From assembly GCA_963845145.1 (NCBI GenBank), contig CAWJQU010000008.1:96001-160000 (forward strand): a stretch of 64,000 nucleotides of DNA, given 5' to 3'. A program made the position numbers and the translations under genes. Position 1 is the first letter of the stretch. Each line of letters opens with the position of its first letter. Below, in pieces: positions 19,034 to 28,256 of the stretch. The notes beneath the pieces are model-generated. The model ran no database searches and was not told where the DNA came from. It worked only from the letters and a program-made list of their open reading frames with translations. Source of the stretch: an uncultured delta proteobacterium (GTDB taxonomy: Bacteria; Desulfobacterota; Desulfobacteria; Desulfobacterales; QNYZ01).

Positions 19034-20054
19034 CAAGTTCATATTTTAAATCACGCGTCATTAGCGCAAAGAGGCCTTCACGGGGAGGCATTTCTTCATA
19101 TAACACCCGGTAGACGGCATGGCAGATGGGCATCTCCACACCTAATTTGAGTGAAAGATTGTACACCGATTTAGCCGTTTTCACCCCTTCGGCGACCATT
19201 TGCATATCCGCTAAAATATCCGCCAATCGTTCACCCTGCCCGATGCGTTTACCGACGGTATGGTTCCGGCTTGTGTCGCCGGTGCACGTCAGCACCAGAT
19301 CGCCGATACCGGCCAGACCCGTGAAGGTTCTCGGCTGTGCGCCCATGTGAAGCCCCAAACGTCGAATTTCGGTTTGCCCGCGAGTGATCAGGGCTGCTCG
19401 TGTATTTAGCCCCAGCCCGAGGCCATCAATGGCCCCCGCCGCAATGGCGATGACATTTTTAACCGCTCCACCCAGTTCCACGCCCACCATGTCATCAATC
19501 GTATAAACCCGGAAAAAAGAGGTGGCCAACGCTTGTTGCACAAAATCGGCCGTGGGTTTGTGTATGGATGCTACGGTGATGGCCGTGGGGATTTTTCGAG
19601 CGACTTCATTGGCGAAACTCGGTCCGGATAAAACCCCGATTCGGTCCGGCAACACGGTAAGCAGGGTTTCCCCCATGATCCCGGTCATGGTTAAATGCGT
19701 TTCGTTTTCGATTCCCTTGGAAGCTGAAACGACAATCGTATGGGGCGAAAGATGTTCGCTCAATTGTTTTGTGACTTGCCGCATCACATGTGAGGGCACG
19801 ACCACCAGGACCAGGTCTTTACCCTTTACGGCCGTGACGATATCGTTGGTGGCGGTAAGGTTGTTGGATAACGTCACTCCCGGTAGAAAGGTCCGGTTTT
19901 CCTGGAGGGTTTCAATCTGTGATTTGACTTCAGGTTCAAATACCCAAAGATCCACAGCATGCCCTTTACCGCCGGCCAGATGGGCCAGGGCCGTTCCCCA
20001 ACTGCCGCCTCCGATAACACCGACCTTTAATCGATTATTGATAGTATGCGCCAT
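19023..20054 (-). CDS. gpsA: NAD(P)H-dependent glycerol-3-phosphate dehydrogenase
   Basis: GGGSWGTALA, SKGIE, LSGPSFA, KNVIAIAAG, GDLVLTC, SRN. Confidence 0.97.
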   Translation of the reverse strand: MAHTINNRLKVGVIGGGSWGTALAHLAGGKGHAVDLWVFEPEVKSQIETLQENRTFLPGVTLSNNLTATNDIVTAVKGKDLVLVVVPSHVMRQVTKQLSEHLSPHTIVVSASKGIENETHLTMTGIMGETLLTVLPDRIGVLSGPSFANEVARKIPTAITVASIHKPTADFVQQALATSFFRVYTIDDMVGVELGGAVKNVIAIAAGAIDGLGLGLNTRAALITRGQTEIRRLGLHMGAQPRTFTGLAGIGDLVLTCTGDTSRNHTVGKRIGQGERLADILADMQMVAEGVKTAKSVYNLSLKLGVEMPICHAVYRVLYEEMPPREGLFALMTRDLKYELDAV

Positions 20055-20067
20055 GGGTTCCTTTGTG

Positions 20068-22494
20068 CTATTTCTCTTTTTCAGCCAAACAAACCGCACT
20101 GACCACGTGCTCATCGGATGCCATTCCCATGAGCTTTACCCCTTGCGTGTTTCGACTGATCACATTGACACCCTTGATGGGCATACGGATAATCTTGCCA
20201 CTATCGGTCATCAGCATCAGGTCATCGTCTTCGCCGACCAGCACGATGGCGACGACGTTGCCGTTGCGGTCGCTGGTTTTTATGGTAATCACACCCTTGC
20301 CACCGCGTTTTTGCACGGGGTATTCATCGATGGAGGTCCGTTTACCGAACCCGTTTTCCGTAACCGTGAACAGCGTCTGCCCATAGCTTAGGACTTCCAT
20401 GGCCACCATACGATCCCCTTTGCTCAACCGCATGCCACGCACTCCCTGGGAAACGCGCCCCTGGGACCGGACATCCGACTCATGAAACCGGATCGATTTG
20501 CCATTGGCGGCACCTAGAAATACATTGTATGTACCGTCGGTAAGCCTGGCCGCAATAAGTTCATCATCTGCGGTTAATTTCAAGGCGATGATACCACCCG
20601 CCCGGGGTCGACTGTACTCCATCAGTTCGGTTTTTTTCACCTGGCCGTTTTTAGTCGCCATGAGGATATGGTGCCCCGGCGTAAATTCTTTGACGGCCAA
20701 AACCGTCGTGAGCCGCTCATCATTATCAAAATTGAGTAAGTTCACCACCGCCTTGCCCCGGCTCATTCTGCCGGCCTGGGGGATTTCGTAAACTTTGCAC
20801 CAGTATACCATCCCCTTATTGGTAAAAAAGAGAAACGTATGATGGGTGGATGCAACAAAGAGGCGTTCTACAAAATCGGCTTCTTTGGTACCCATGCCGG
20901 TCTTGCCTTTACCGCCTCGCTGCTGACTGCGGTACAGTGTGATGGGAGCCCGTTTGATATATCCGCTCTTGGAGATCGTCACGACCATGTCCTCTTCCAC
21001 GATCATGTCTTCTAATGTTATCTCCTTGGTTTCTTCGACGATTTGGGTCATCCGGCTATCGCCGTAATTTTCCAGGATTTCTCCGAGTTCCTCTTTAATG
21101 ATATTGAGCACCAAGCGTTCATTGGCCAAAATCTCTCTGTAACGAGCAATATCCTTTAAAATCTGCACATATTCTTCCACAATTTTTTCACGCTCCAGGC
21201 CGGTCAGGCGCTGGAGGCGCATGTCCAAAATGGCCTGGGCTTGGATAGCTGACAGGGAGAAGGTGGCTATCAGGCTTTTTTTGGCCTCTTGGGGGTTTGG
21301 TGATCTGCGAATCAGGGCCACAACCTCGTCCAGATTGTCCAGGGCAATTTTAAGCCCTTCCAGAATATGGGCCCGCTCTTCGGCCCTACGCAGATCGTAG
21401 CGCGTACGGCGCAGAATAATCTCTTTTCTATGCGCAATGAAATGAGAGAGGATCTCTTTTAGATTCATCAATTCCGGACGATTCTTGACAACGGCCAGAA
21501 AAATAATCCCGAAACTGATTGCCATCCGTGTATGCTTATACAATTGATTGACGATGACCTGGGCAAATTGATCCTTTTTCAACCCGATGGCCATGCGCAT
21601 CCCGTCACGATCCGACTCGTCCCGGACATAGCGGACCCCTTCGATTTGCTTGTGCCGGACCAGCTCCGCAATTTTAGCTACCAGGGTGGCTTTGTTGACC
21701 ATGTAGGGCAACTCGGTAACCACAATCGTTTCCCGATTGGTACGTTTGTCTTTTTCCACCATTACCCGGGCCCTCAAACGGATGACGCCCTTACCGGTAT
21801 TGTAGGCGTCGTGAATTCCCTGGGCCCCGTAAATAATACCTCCGGAGGGAAAATCCGGGCCGGGGATCAACTGTGTCAATTCCTGAATAGTGATTTCCGG
21901 CCGATCAATCAGGGCGATAAGGGCACTGACAACTTCGGTCAAGTTGTGGGGAGGGATATTGGTAGCCATTCCCACGGCAATCCCGGAGGATCCGTTAATC
22001 AACAAAGCAGGAACTTTGGCCGGCATGACGACCGGTTCCATTAAAGACTCATCGTAATTGGGGGCTAAATCGACGGTTTCTTTGTCCAGGTCTTCAAGCA
22101 TTTCATGGGCCAGGCGGGTCATGCGGACCTCGGTGTACCGCATGGCGGCGGCCGAATCACCGTCGATGGATCCAAAGTTCCCTTGACCATCTACAAAGGG
22201 ATATCGCAAAGAAAAATCTTGAGACATGCGTACGATGGTGTCGTAAACCGCGCTATCCCCATGGGGATGGTACTTACCAATGACATCACCGACGACACGA
22301 GCTGATTTTTTATACGCTTTGTTCCAATCGTTTTTAAGCTCACGCATGGCGAAAAGAATCCGGCGATGGACCGGCTTGAGGCCATCGCGAACATCCGGTA
22401 AGGCCCGCCCGATGATCACACTCATGGCGTAATCAAGGTACGAGCGTTTCATTTCGCTTTCGATACTGACTTCCGGGGTGTGCTCCTTCTCCAT
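20068..22494 (-). CDS. gyrA: DNA gyrase subunit A
   Basis: [25 protein letters not shown] (catalytic Tyr) and GyrA-box QQRGGKG. Confidence 0.98.
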   Translation of the reverse strand: MEKEHTPEVSIESEMKRSYLDYAMSVIIGRALPDVRDGLKPVHRRILFAMRELKNDWNKAYKKSARVVGDVIGKYHPHGDSAVYDTIVRMSQDFSLRYPFVDGQGNFGSIDGDSAAAMRYTEVRMTRLAHEMLEDLDKETVDLAPNYDESLMEPVVMPAKVPALLINGSSGIAVGMATNIPPHNLTEVVSALIALIDRPEITIQELTQLIPGPDFPSGGIIYGAQGIHDAYNTGKGVIRLRARVMVEKDKRTNRETIVVTELPYMVNKATLVAKIAELVRHKQIEGVRYVRDESDRDGMRMAIGLKKDQFAQVIVNQLYKHTRMAISFGIIFLAVVKNRPELMNLKEILSHFIAHRKEIILRRTRYDLRRAEERAHILEGLKIALDNLDEVVALIRRSPNPQEAKKSLIATFSLSAIQAQAILDMRLQRLTGLEREKIVEEYVQILKDIARYREILANERLVLNIIKEELGEILENYGDSRMTQIVEETKEITLEDMIVEEDMVVTISKSGYIKRAPITLYRSQQRGGKGKTGMGTKEADFVERLFVASTHHTFLFFTNKGMVYWCKVYEIPQAGRMSRGKAVVNLLNFDNDERLTTVLAVKEFTPGHHILMATKNGQVKKTELMEYSRPRAGGIIALKLTADDELIAARLTDGTYNVFLGAANGKSIRFHESDVRSQGRVSQGVRGMRLSKGDRMVAMEVLSYGQTLFTVTENGFGKRTSIDEYPVQKRGGKGVITIKTSDRNGNVVAIVLVGEDDDLMLMTDSGKIIRMPIKGVNVISRNTQGVKLMGMASDEHVVSAVCLAEKEK

Positions 22495-22511
22495 ATTAAC
22501 AAAACCTTCCC

Positions 22512-23573
22512 TTAGATCTGATCCTGATAACTAACCCGATAGATGTCGGCCAGGGTCAAAAAAGCGGTTACAATCAGGGGTCCGTAAATGATTCCTAAAA
22601 TACCGAATAATTTCAATCCCCCCATGATGGACAGAAATACCATCACCGTATGCATGCGGACCTGACGTCCGACAAGTTTGGGCTTAAGTATATATTCAAC
22701 CCCGCCCGAAACCACGATATAAAAAAAGATAAAAAAAATACCGGCGGCAATACGTCCCTTTAAAAGCAAATAAACCACCGCCGGTATAAATACCATGCCA
22801 ATGCCCAAAATCGGTAAAAAGGCCAAAAGGGCCATGATGACGCCCCACATCAATGGTGATTTTAGACCGAAAAAATAGAACAAAAAACCGCCCAAAAATC
22901 CTTGGGTCATTCCGGCCAGCCCGTTTCCTACCAGAATTGCACCCGCCATGTCCTTAAACTTGCCGATTAAAATTTCTTCCTGTTCCTGGGGAAGCGGGGA
23001 CAGATCGATCAAAAAAGAGACCAACTTATGGCCATCGATCAACAAAAAATAAGTCACCATCAACATGAAAAAAAAGTACGCCAAAAAACTTAAGACATTT
23101 GATGCGATGGTGCTCGCCTGTTGATAAACAAACAGCCCTATTTGCTTTCCCAATTCCGACAAGGCGCGATTTATTTCCATTCCGGACAATTCGATATTCA
23201 CATGCGCAAGCAGTGGATTGATCCTATCGAGAAGATGGCTGGCCTTAAGCAGCGATTTTACCTGATCACTGATCACGGTATCCCGCCCCATCTGGTAGAG
23301 GCCGTAGGCCTCGGTCGATAATATCCCCACCAAAAGCACAATGGGGATGAAGAGAATGATAAATATGATCGCACAGGTTAAAACGGAGGCCGCCGAACGT
23401 CGCATTCGGCGGCTTAACCATCGATATAGGGGCCGAAATATACCGGTTACCACCATGGCCATAATGATTACCGACATAAATGGCCAAAGCAGCCAGCCCA
23501 GCACAACAACAGACCCCAGGAAGAGAATCAGGAAAAACCAGAAGATGGCATCATGATGGACGGGCCGTTCCAT
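22512..23573 (-). CDS. AI-2E family transporter (UPF0118/PerM)
   Basis: Hydrophobic protein with YFLLIDG, LKPKLVG and [15 protein letters not shown]. Confidence 0.92.
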   Translation of the reverse strand: MERPVHHDAIFWFFLILFLGSVVVLGWLLWPFMSVIIMAMVVTGIFRPLYRWLSRRMRRSAASVLTCAIIFIILFIPIVLLVGILSTEAYGLYQMGRDTVISDQVKSLLKASHLLDRINPLLAHVNIELSGMEINRALSELGKQIGLFVYQQASTIASNVLSFLAYFFFMLMVTYFLLIDGHKLVSFLIDLSPLPQEQEEILIGKFKDMAGAILVGNGLAGMTQGFLGGFLFYFFGLKSPLMWGVIMALLAFLPILGIGMVFIPAVVYLLLKGRIAAGIFFIFFYIVVSGGVEYILKPKLVGRQVRMHTVMVFLSIMGGLKLFGILGIIYGPLIVTAFLTLADIYRVSYQDQI

Positions 23574-23667
23574 ATTTTTTCCTTTGTAAAACCCACACCA
23601 CCCAATTCAAGGCGAATCGATATCCCAAAGGCCTTCCGGTACAAATATAACATCGCTTTGCGCGGTT

Positions 23668-23823
23668 CTATTTGGCAACAACAGCACCTGCAATGAGCAG
23701 CAAAACAATTTCATAAATGAACATAACGGCTGTGCTGTCAAAAAGGGCATAGATGATGCCACCACCGATGATGGCCGGCACGCCAAAAAAAACCAGGGTC
23801 CCCAGTTTCCTGGAAATATCCAT
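23668..23823 (-). CDS. 51-aa two-helix membrane microprotein (below the ORF-track cut-off)
   Basis: MDISRKLGTLVFFGVPAIIGGGIIYALFDSTAVMFIYEIVLLLIAGAVVAK*; AAGGAG SD upstream of the ATG. Confidence 0.7.
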   Translation of the reverse strand: MDISRKLGTLVFFGVPAIIGGGIIYALFDSTAVMFIYEIVLLLIAGAVVAK

Positions 23824-23871
23824 TGATTCGTCTCCTTGCAAAAAGCGTGATTATCTTTCGTGATTATCTTT

Positions 23872-23961
23872 AAAAAAGGCGTGACCATTTACAACCCGCC
23901 TCAGGGTCAAAAGCCACGCTTACGTTTCCGGGAATCTCGCCTCCGGAGAACAAGACCGGAA
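23872..23961 (-). promoter_or_regulatory. Structured leader with two hairpins ending in an intrinsic terminator (attenuator, riboswitch or sRNA candidate)
   Basis: On the minus strand, stem 1 TTCCGG...CCGGAA (23926-23961) precedes stem 2 GCGTGGCT...GGTCACGC (23879-23919), which is followed by CTTTTTT. A TTGACG -35 lies at 24002-24007. Confidence 0.5.
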
Positions 23962-24239
23962 CCGATTTAATCCTATATTATTAGCACACGCGGCCTTAAT
24001 ACGTCAATGTGTTTACCGGATAGAAATCAAGACTTTTCTTGTTTTCACAATCGGATCTTCATATGATATCATTATAATATTTATCGCGACCCAATACGAG
24101 CCGGATTGGTTAAACCGGATGGGCCAAAATGGATTTTCCGGCGTGCAAAAAATGATAGAATATGCCGTCTTAACGACAATCCACATGATTCGATATTGGA
24201 TATGATGGTTTCATTAACTTTAGAAAAAGGAGCGCTCAA

Positions 24240-24500
24240 ATGACACACCAGCACGAAAACGATCATCACCACCATCACCATTCCGGCCAGGCAGAGCAAT
24301 CTTTGGGATTTACGGAAAAAATGGATAAGTTGCTGGCCCACTGGATCCATCATAATGAAGACCATGCGTCAAACTATAAAGAGTGGGCCCAACGTGCGAC
24401 CGATGAAAATCAAGGTGAAATAGCTGCGAAACTTGAAGAGGCAGCCCGCCTCACCGATCAAATCACCCAGGTATTTAAAACGGCGCAAAAAATATTATAA
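24240..24500 (+). CDS. His-rich small helical protein, probable metal binder
   Basis: N-terminal HQHENDHHHHHH and HWIHHNEDHA motif; AAGGAG SD. Confidence 0.8.
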   Translation: MTHQHENDHHHHHHSGQAEQSLGFTEKMDKLLAHWIHHNEDHASNYKEWAQRATDENQGEIAAKLEEAARLTDQITQVFKTAQKIL

Positions 24501-24583
24501 CACCGAGCCAATTTCAAAAAGTCCCAGTTTACCGCAGGACCAATCAATTAATGTCCCACCTTTAAGATGATCCGAAGATCATC

Positions 24584-25135
24584 TTAAAGGACGGGCAGAC
24601 GGTCACGGGGAGTATCGGCTAAGGTAGCGAAATGTGCATCTTTATCTGAGATAATCGGTGCGGTCACCGGCCAGTCGATGTCGATGGCGGGATCGGACCA
24701 TAAAATGCCACCTTCGTCGGCGGGGGAATAGTAATCGGAGCACTTATACAAAAAATGGGCTGTTTCGCTCAACACACAGAAGCCATGGGCAAATCCGGCC
24801 GGAACAAAAAGTTGGTGCTTGTTTTCGCCGGATAAATGCACGCCGAGCCACTGGCCGAAAGTGGGCGATCCAGGTCGAATATCCACAGCCACATCATAAA
24901 TCTCACCGGTAATAACTTGAACCAACTTGGCCTGGGGCCGGGAAACCTGGTAATGTAACCCACGCAAGGTATTTCGCACCGAAAACGAGAGATTATCCTG
25001 AACGAAATCGCATGCAATTCCGGCCTCGCGGTAGCGTTCGCCTTGGTAAGTTTCCATGAAAAAGCCCCGATGATCGCCGAATACATCCGGTTTAACAATC
25101 ACCACATTGTCCAACTTGGCGGGTACGACTTCCAT
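24584..25135 (-). CDS. rfbC: dTDP-4-dehydrorhamnose 3,5-epimerase
   Basis: FGDHRGFFME, LRGLHYQ, DVAVDIRPGSPTFG, GFAHGF, SDKD. Confidence 0.96.
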   Translation of the reverse strand: MEVVPAKLDNVVIVKPDVFGDHRGFFMETYQGERYREAGIACDFVQDNLSFSVRNTLRGLHYQVSRPQAKLVQVITGEIYDVAVDIRPGSPTFGQWLGVHLSGENKHQLFVPAGFAHGFCVLSETAHFLYKCSDYYSPADEGGILWSDPAIDIDWPVTAPIISDKDAHFATLADTPRDRLPVL

Positions 25136-25213
25136 ATACACTCCTCATTTTGTATGGGTTGGTTCTTATTTTTTCGCCCTATAACATTTTATATCCCGAC
25201 CCGGCAATAATGT

Positions 25214-25241
25214 TTGACATCCAAACGACCCTTATTATAGT
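25214..25241 (+). promoter_or_regulatory. Sigma70-type promoter of suhB, probably leaderless
   Basis: TTGACA-16 nt-TATAGT, then 5 nt to ATG 25247; no SD. Confidence 0.55.
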
Positions 25242-25246
25242 TAGCC

Positions 25247-26046
25247 ATGCAAATGGATTTTGATCAAATCAATCGCGTGGGTACCGCTGCCATCTATGCG
25301 GCCGGGAAGGTCCTTAAAAAATACTTCGACGGTCGCAATCGGGTTGATAAAAAAGGCAAGATCGACCTGGTAACCGAAGCGGATGTGGCGGCAGAAAGTA
25401 AAATTATCGCAACCATTCGTGGTTTTTTTCCCGACCACTCGATTGTAGCTGAGGAGAGCGGTGCTTCTGACGGACAAGAAGCGTATCAATGGATCATCGA
25501 CCCTCTGGACGGGACCACAAATTTTGCCCACCGGCTGCCCCATTATGCCGTTTCCATCGCATTTGCCGAAAAGGGTGAAACCGCCATGGGTATGGTTCTG
25601 AATCCGGTCAATGGCGAATTGTTTACGGCCAACCGTGGCCAGGGAGCGTACTTGAACCATCAAAAGATCCGGGTTTCGGAAACCGAACCACTCATTGATG
25701 CCCTGCTGGCCACCGGGTTCCCTTATGACACCCGGCCGATTTTCAACCCGATGATGGATCGTTTTGCTGCTTGTTTGAAGGCCACCCAGGGCATTCGGCG
25801 ACTGGGTTCGGCGGCCCTCGATTTATGCTATGTGGCCTGTGGCCGGTATGATGGTTTCTGGGAGCAGAATTTGAGCCCCTGGGATACGGCCGGCGGCGCT
25901 TTGATCGTTTCCGAGGCCGGTGGAAAAGTGACTGATTTTAAAGGGAGGCACATCTTCCGGAAAAAAAACAAATCCTGGCCACAAATGCGAAGATTCACAA
26001 AGGAATGCTAAACCTACTAAATATGCGGAGATCCGATGAAACATAA
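25247..26046 (+). CDS. suhB: Inositol monophosphatase SuhB (C-terminal single-base frameshift, probably an assembly error)
   Basis: DLVTEAD, WIIDPLDGTTNF, GSAALD, WD motifs. The expected tail (QILATNAKIHKGMLNLL) is in another frame after GGG 25943-25945 / A8 25961-25968 and ends at TAA 26046. Confidence 0.9.
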
Positions 26047-26233
26047 AGATATTTTTGAACGTGGTATTGATTTCGACCGGGAATGTTTGGGACAATTTGA
26101 CATGGATAACCCGGTTTGCACGACCCAATGCGTACTTCGTCTGCGGTGTGCCGTGGCGAAGGAAAGGATGGCGCGCATAGCACTAATCGAAGAGTTGACG
26201 GCCGATATGAATTCGCCACTTACCATTCAGTAA
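26036..26233 (+). CDS. Small four-Cys hypothetical protein (65 aa)
   Basis: C-x10-C-x3-C-x5-C; GGAG SD; overlaps the corrected suhB stop. Confidence 0.7.
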   Translation: MKHKDIFERGIDFDRECLGQFDMDNPVCTTQCVLRLRCAVAKERMARIALIEELTADMNSPLTIQ

Positions 26234-26243
26234 TTGACGCGGC

Positions 26244-26282
26244 CAGGATAAACCAATCAGGATAACCCGAGCAAGATAACCC
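26244..26282. repeat. Three imperfect 11-mers CARGATAAMCC at a 14-bp period
   Basis: CAGGATAAACC (26244), CAGGATAACCC (26258) and CAAGATAACCC (26272), bracketed by the inverted pair TTGACGCGG/CCGTGTCAA. Confidence 0.6.
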
Positions 26283-26350
26283 GTGTCAAACGTCATTGGT
26301 AGAGAAAACCCCCTATCGCCAGCCTGAAAACATCCCTTTGGGCCCATATA

Positions 26351-26390
26351 AAAACGCCGTCGAGGCAATGCCTTCGACGGCGTTTGTTTT
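26351..26390. terminator. Bidirectional intrinsic terminator
   Basis: AAAACGCCGTCGAGGC-AAT-GCCTTCGACGGCGTTTGTTTT between convergent genes. Confidence 0.85.
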
Positions 26391-26425
26391 ATCCTGAGTT
26401 AGAACGTTCTGAGCCCAATCGGTTT

Positions 26426-27779
26426 TTAAAACATTCCCGACTCAATTTTTTTGGTTAAAATTGCCACTTGTTTTTTAATATCATACTCATGGCGCATCGC
26501 TTTTTCGATGGTCCCCACGGCGTGAATTACCGTGGCATGATACCGGTTAAAACTGCGGCCGATGGTCTGTAACGGAGAATCGGTATGAGTCCGGGCCAGG
26601 TACATGGCTATTTGGCGCGGTTTTACCACCCGTTGTTTCCGCGATTTGGAAACCAGTTCCCTTAAGGTCACCTGGTACTCTTTGGATACCAGCTTTTTTA
26701 TCGCATCTACCGTTACCTGTTTGCGCTGGCGGGCGATGATATCGACCACGTTTTCGGCCAGGTTGAGCGTCACCGGTTCGCTCATCAATGAAGATCGGGT
26801 AAAAACCCCCATCAATCCGCTTTCCAGCTGACGAACATCCTCGGTCAGCTCGCTGGCAAGATATTGTAGGATCTCTTTGGATATTCGTAACTTTCGTGTG
26901 GTTGCCTTCTTTTTTAAAATTCTCACGCGGGTATTAAAGTCAGGTGGATCGATCCCGGAAATCAGACCGCTTTGCAACCTGGAGCGAAGCTCGGAATTTA
27001 ATTTGGGAATGTCACCGGGCGCATAGCAACTGGAGCAGATGACCGTTTTACCCATATCGTTTAACATATCCAGCATATGCGCCAACTCGATTTGGGTGCG
27101 TTCTTTTCCGCTTAAGTATTGGATGTCCTCTAAGATAAGAACATCGCAACCGTTTCGATATTTACTTTTGAACCGTTCCAACCCCCCATGCCGAAAGGCG
27201 CTGACCAATTCGTTGGTAAAATCTTCGGCCGTTATATAGTAAACTTTTTCGTTGGGAAATTCCGAGAGAACATGATGGCCGATCGCATGGGAAAGATGGC
27301 TTTTGCCCATGCCTGTTTTAGACATGAGCAGCAAAGTACTTTGCGGCTTGCTTTTGCCTAGATGCAAAGGCAAGGGACGCCGAAAAAGCAAAATCGCTGT
27401 TACCACCCACCACGAATTGGTCAAAGGTAAAATCCCGTCTTAAATAGCGACCGCTGTGAACACGCACGTTCATGTTGGGAATACCGACCTGGATCGGTCT
27501 TTTATTCTCTTTGACCGCCAGCGTAGAACTTGAGGGGACGCTGGGTGATACTTCCCACAAAAGTTCACAGGGTTCTTCTGTGAAACGGTTGAATTCCGTG
27601 CGAATCAAATCATGATAGTTTTCCTGAATGCGTTTTTTGGAAAATGAATTCACGCAGGTTAAAACCATCCGCCCGTTTTTATCGCCGTTACATCTTACCG
27701 GTTCGATCCAAAGGTGGTAGGCCTGAGGGGCCATGCGTTCCTTTAAATTAGCCTTTACCTGTTCCCAAACTGCTTCCAT
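26426..27779 (-). CDS. dnaA: DnaA paralog (second, non-oriC copy), split by a single-base frameshift
   Basis: The 5' ORF has domain I (VWEQV...LWIEP) and FTFDQFVVG. The 3' ORF has Walker A SKTGMGKSH, Walker B LILEDIQ, LRSRL, DVRQLES and domain IV PRQIAMYL. The frames join near the T4 run at 27352-27355. No dnaN, recF or gyrB adjacent. Confidence 0.85.
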
Positions 27780-28221
27780 AGACAACCCAATCTCATTCCA
27801 AATAGCAAGTCGGCAAAGGAGCGACTTAACAGAAATTTTTGATAAAAACTAGCGAAATTTTACGGTTTGGTTTGAATCCAATTGAAAAAATCCGATGTTT
27901 TTGAGGTGGACCGGTTTTAAGGGATTCTCTTTTTGAAGTCAACCTTGATAAAAGGCGTTTTTTTTACATCGTCCAAACAAGATATGAACAATTCATAACT
28001 TTTTGAATTATAAAGGTTAAACGTATTACAAATTATCAACTTCTTAATAATACACCATTTTTTTCGTGGATCATTTTGTCAGCTATTATAAAGATTTCCG
28101 TTTATTGCGATCAGTTTTAAACAATATTTGCTATCTCTTATTTTCTTCGTTTTTCTCTCAATTGCTCAGATTTTCAAAAACTTTTTTCCTTTTTGGGATT
28201 GTCTTTAAAAACTAAACCCGG

Positions 28222-28250
28222 TTTACAAAAAGCATGCCGATCGGTAAGAT
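28222..28250 (+). promoter_or_regulatory. Sigma70-type promoter of uvrA, probably leaderless
   Basis: TTTACA-17 nt-TAAGAT, then 6 nt to ATG 28257; no SD. Confidence 0.6.
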
Positions 28251-28256
28251 ATTCCA

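Noticed and set aside
23607..23888. 93-aa minus-strand ORF in the track
   Set aside because: Starts inside a terminator hairpin without an SD; the 51-aa ORF in another frame has a strong SD and a coherent membrane topology.
28220..28238. Possible LexA box upstream of uvrA (GGTT-TA-C-AAAAA-G-CAT-GCC)
   Set aside because: Spacing and the right half deviate from the Geobacter-type GGTT-N2-C-N4-G-N3-ACC motif; not supportable without other SOS promoters.
27786..28256. AT-rich dnaA-uvrA intergenic region as oriC
   Set aside because: No perfect TTATCCACA boxes (only matches with about 2 mismatches), no dnaN/recF/gyrB, and the adjacent dnaA is a divergent paralog.
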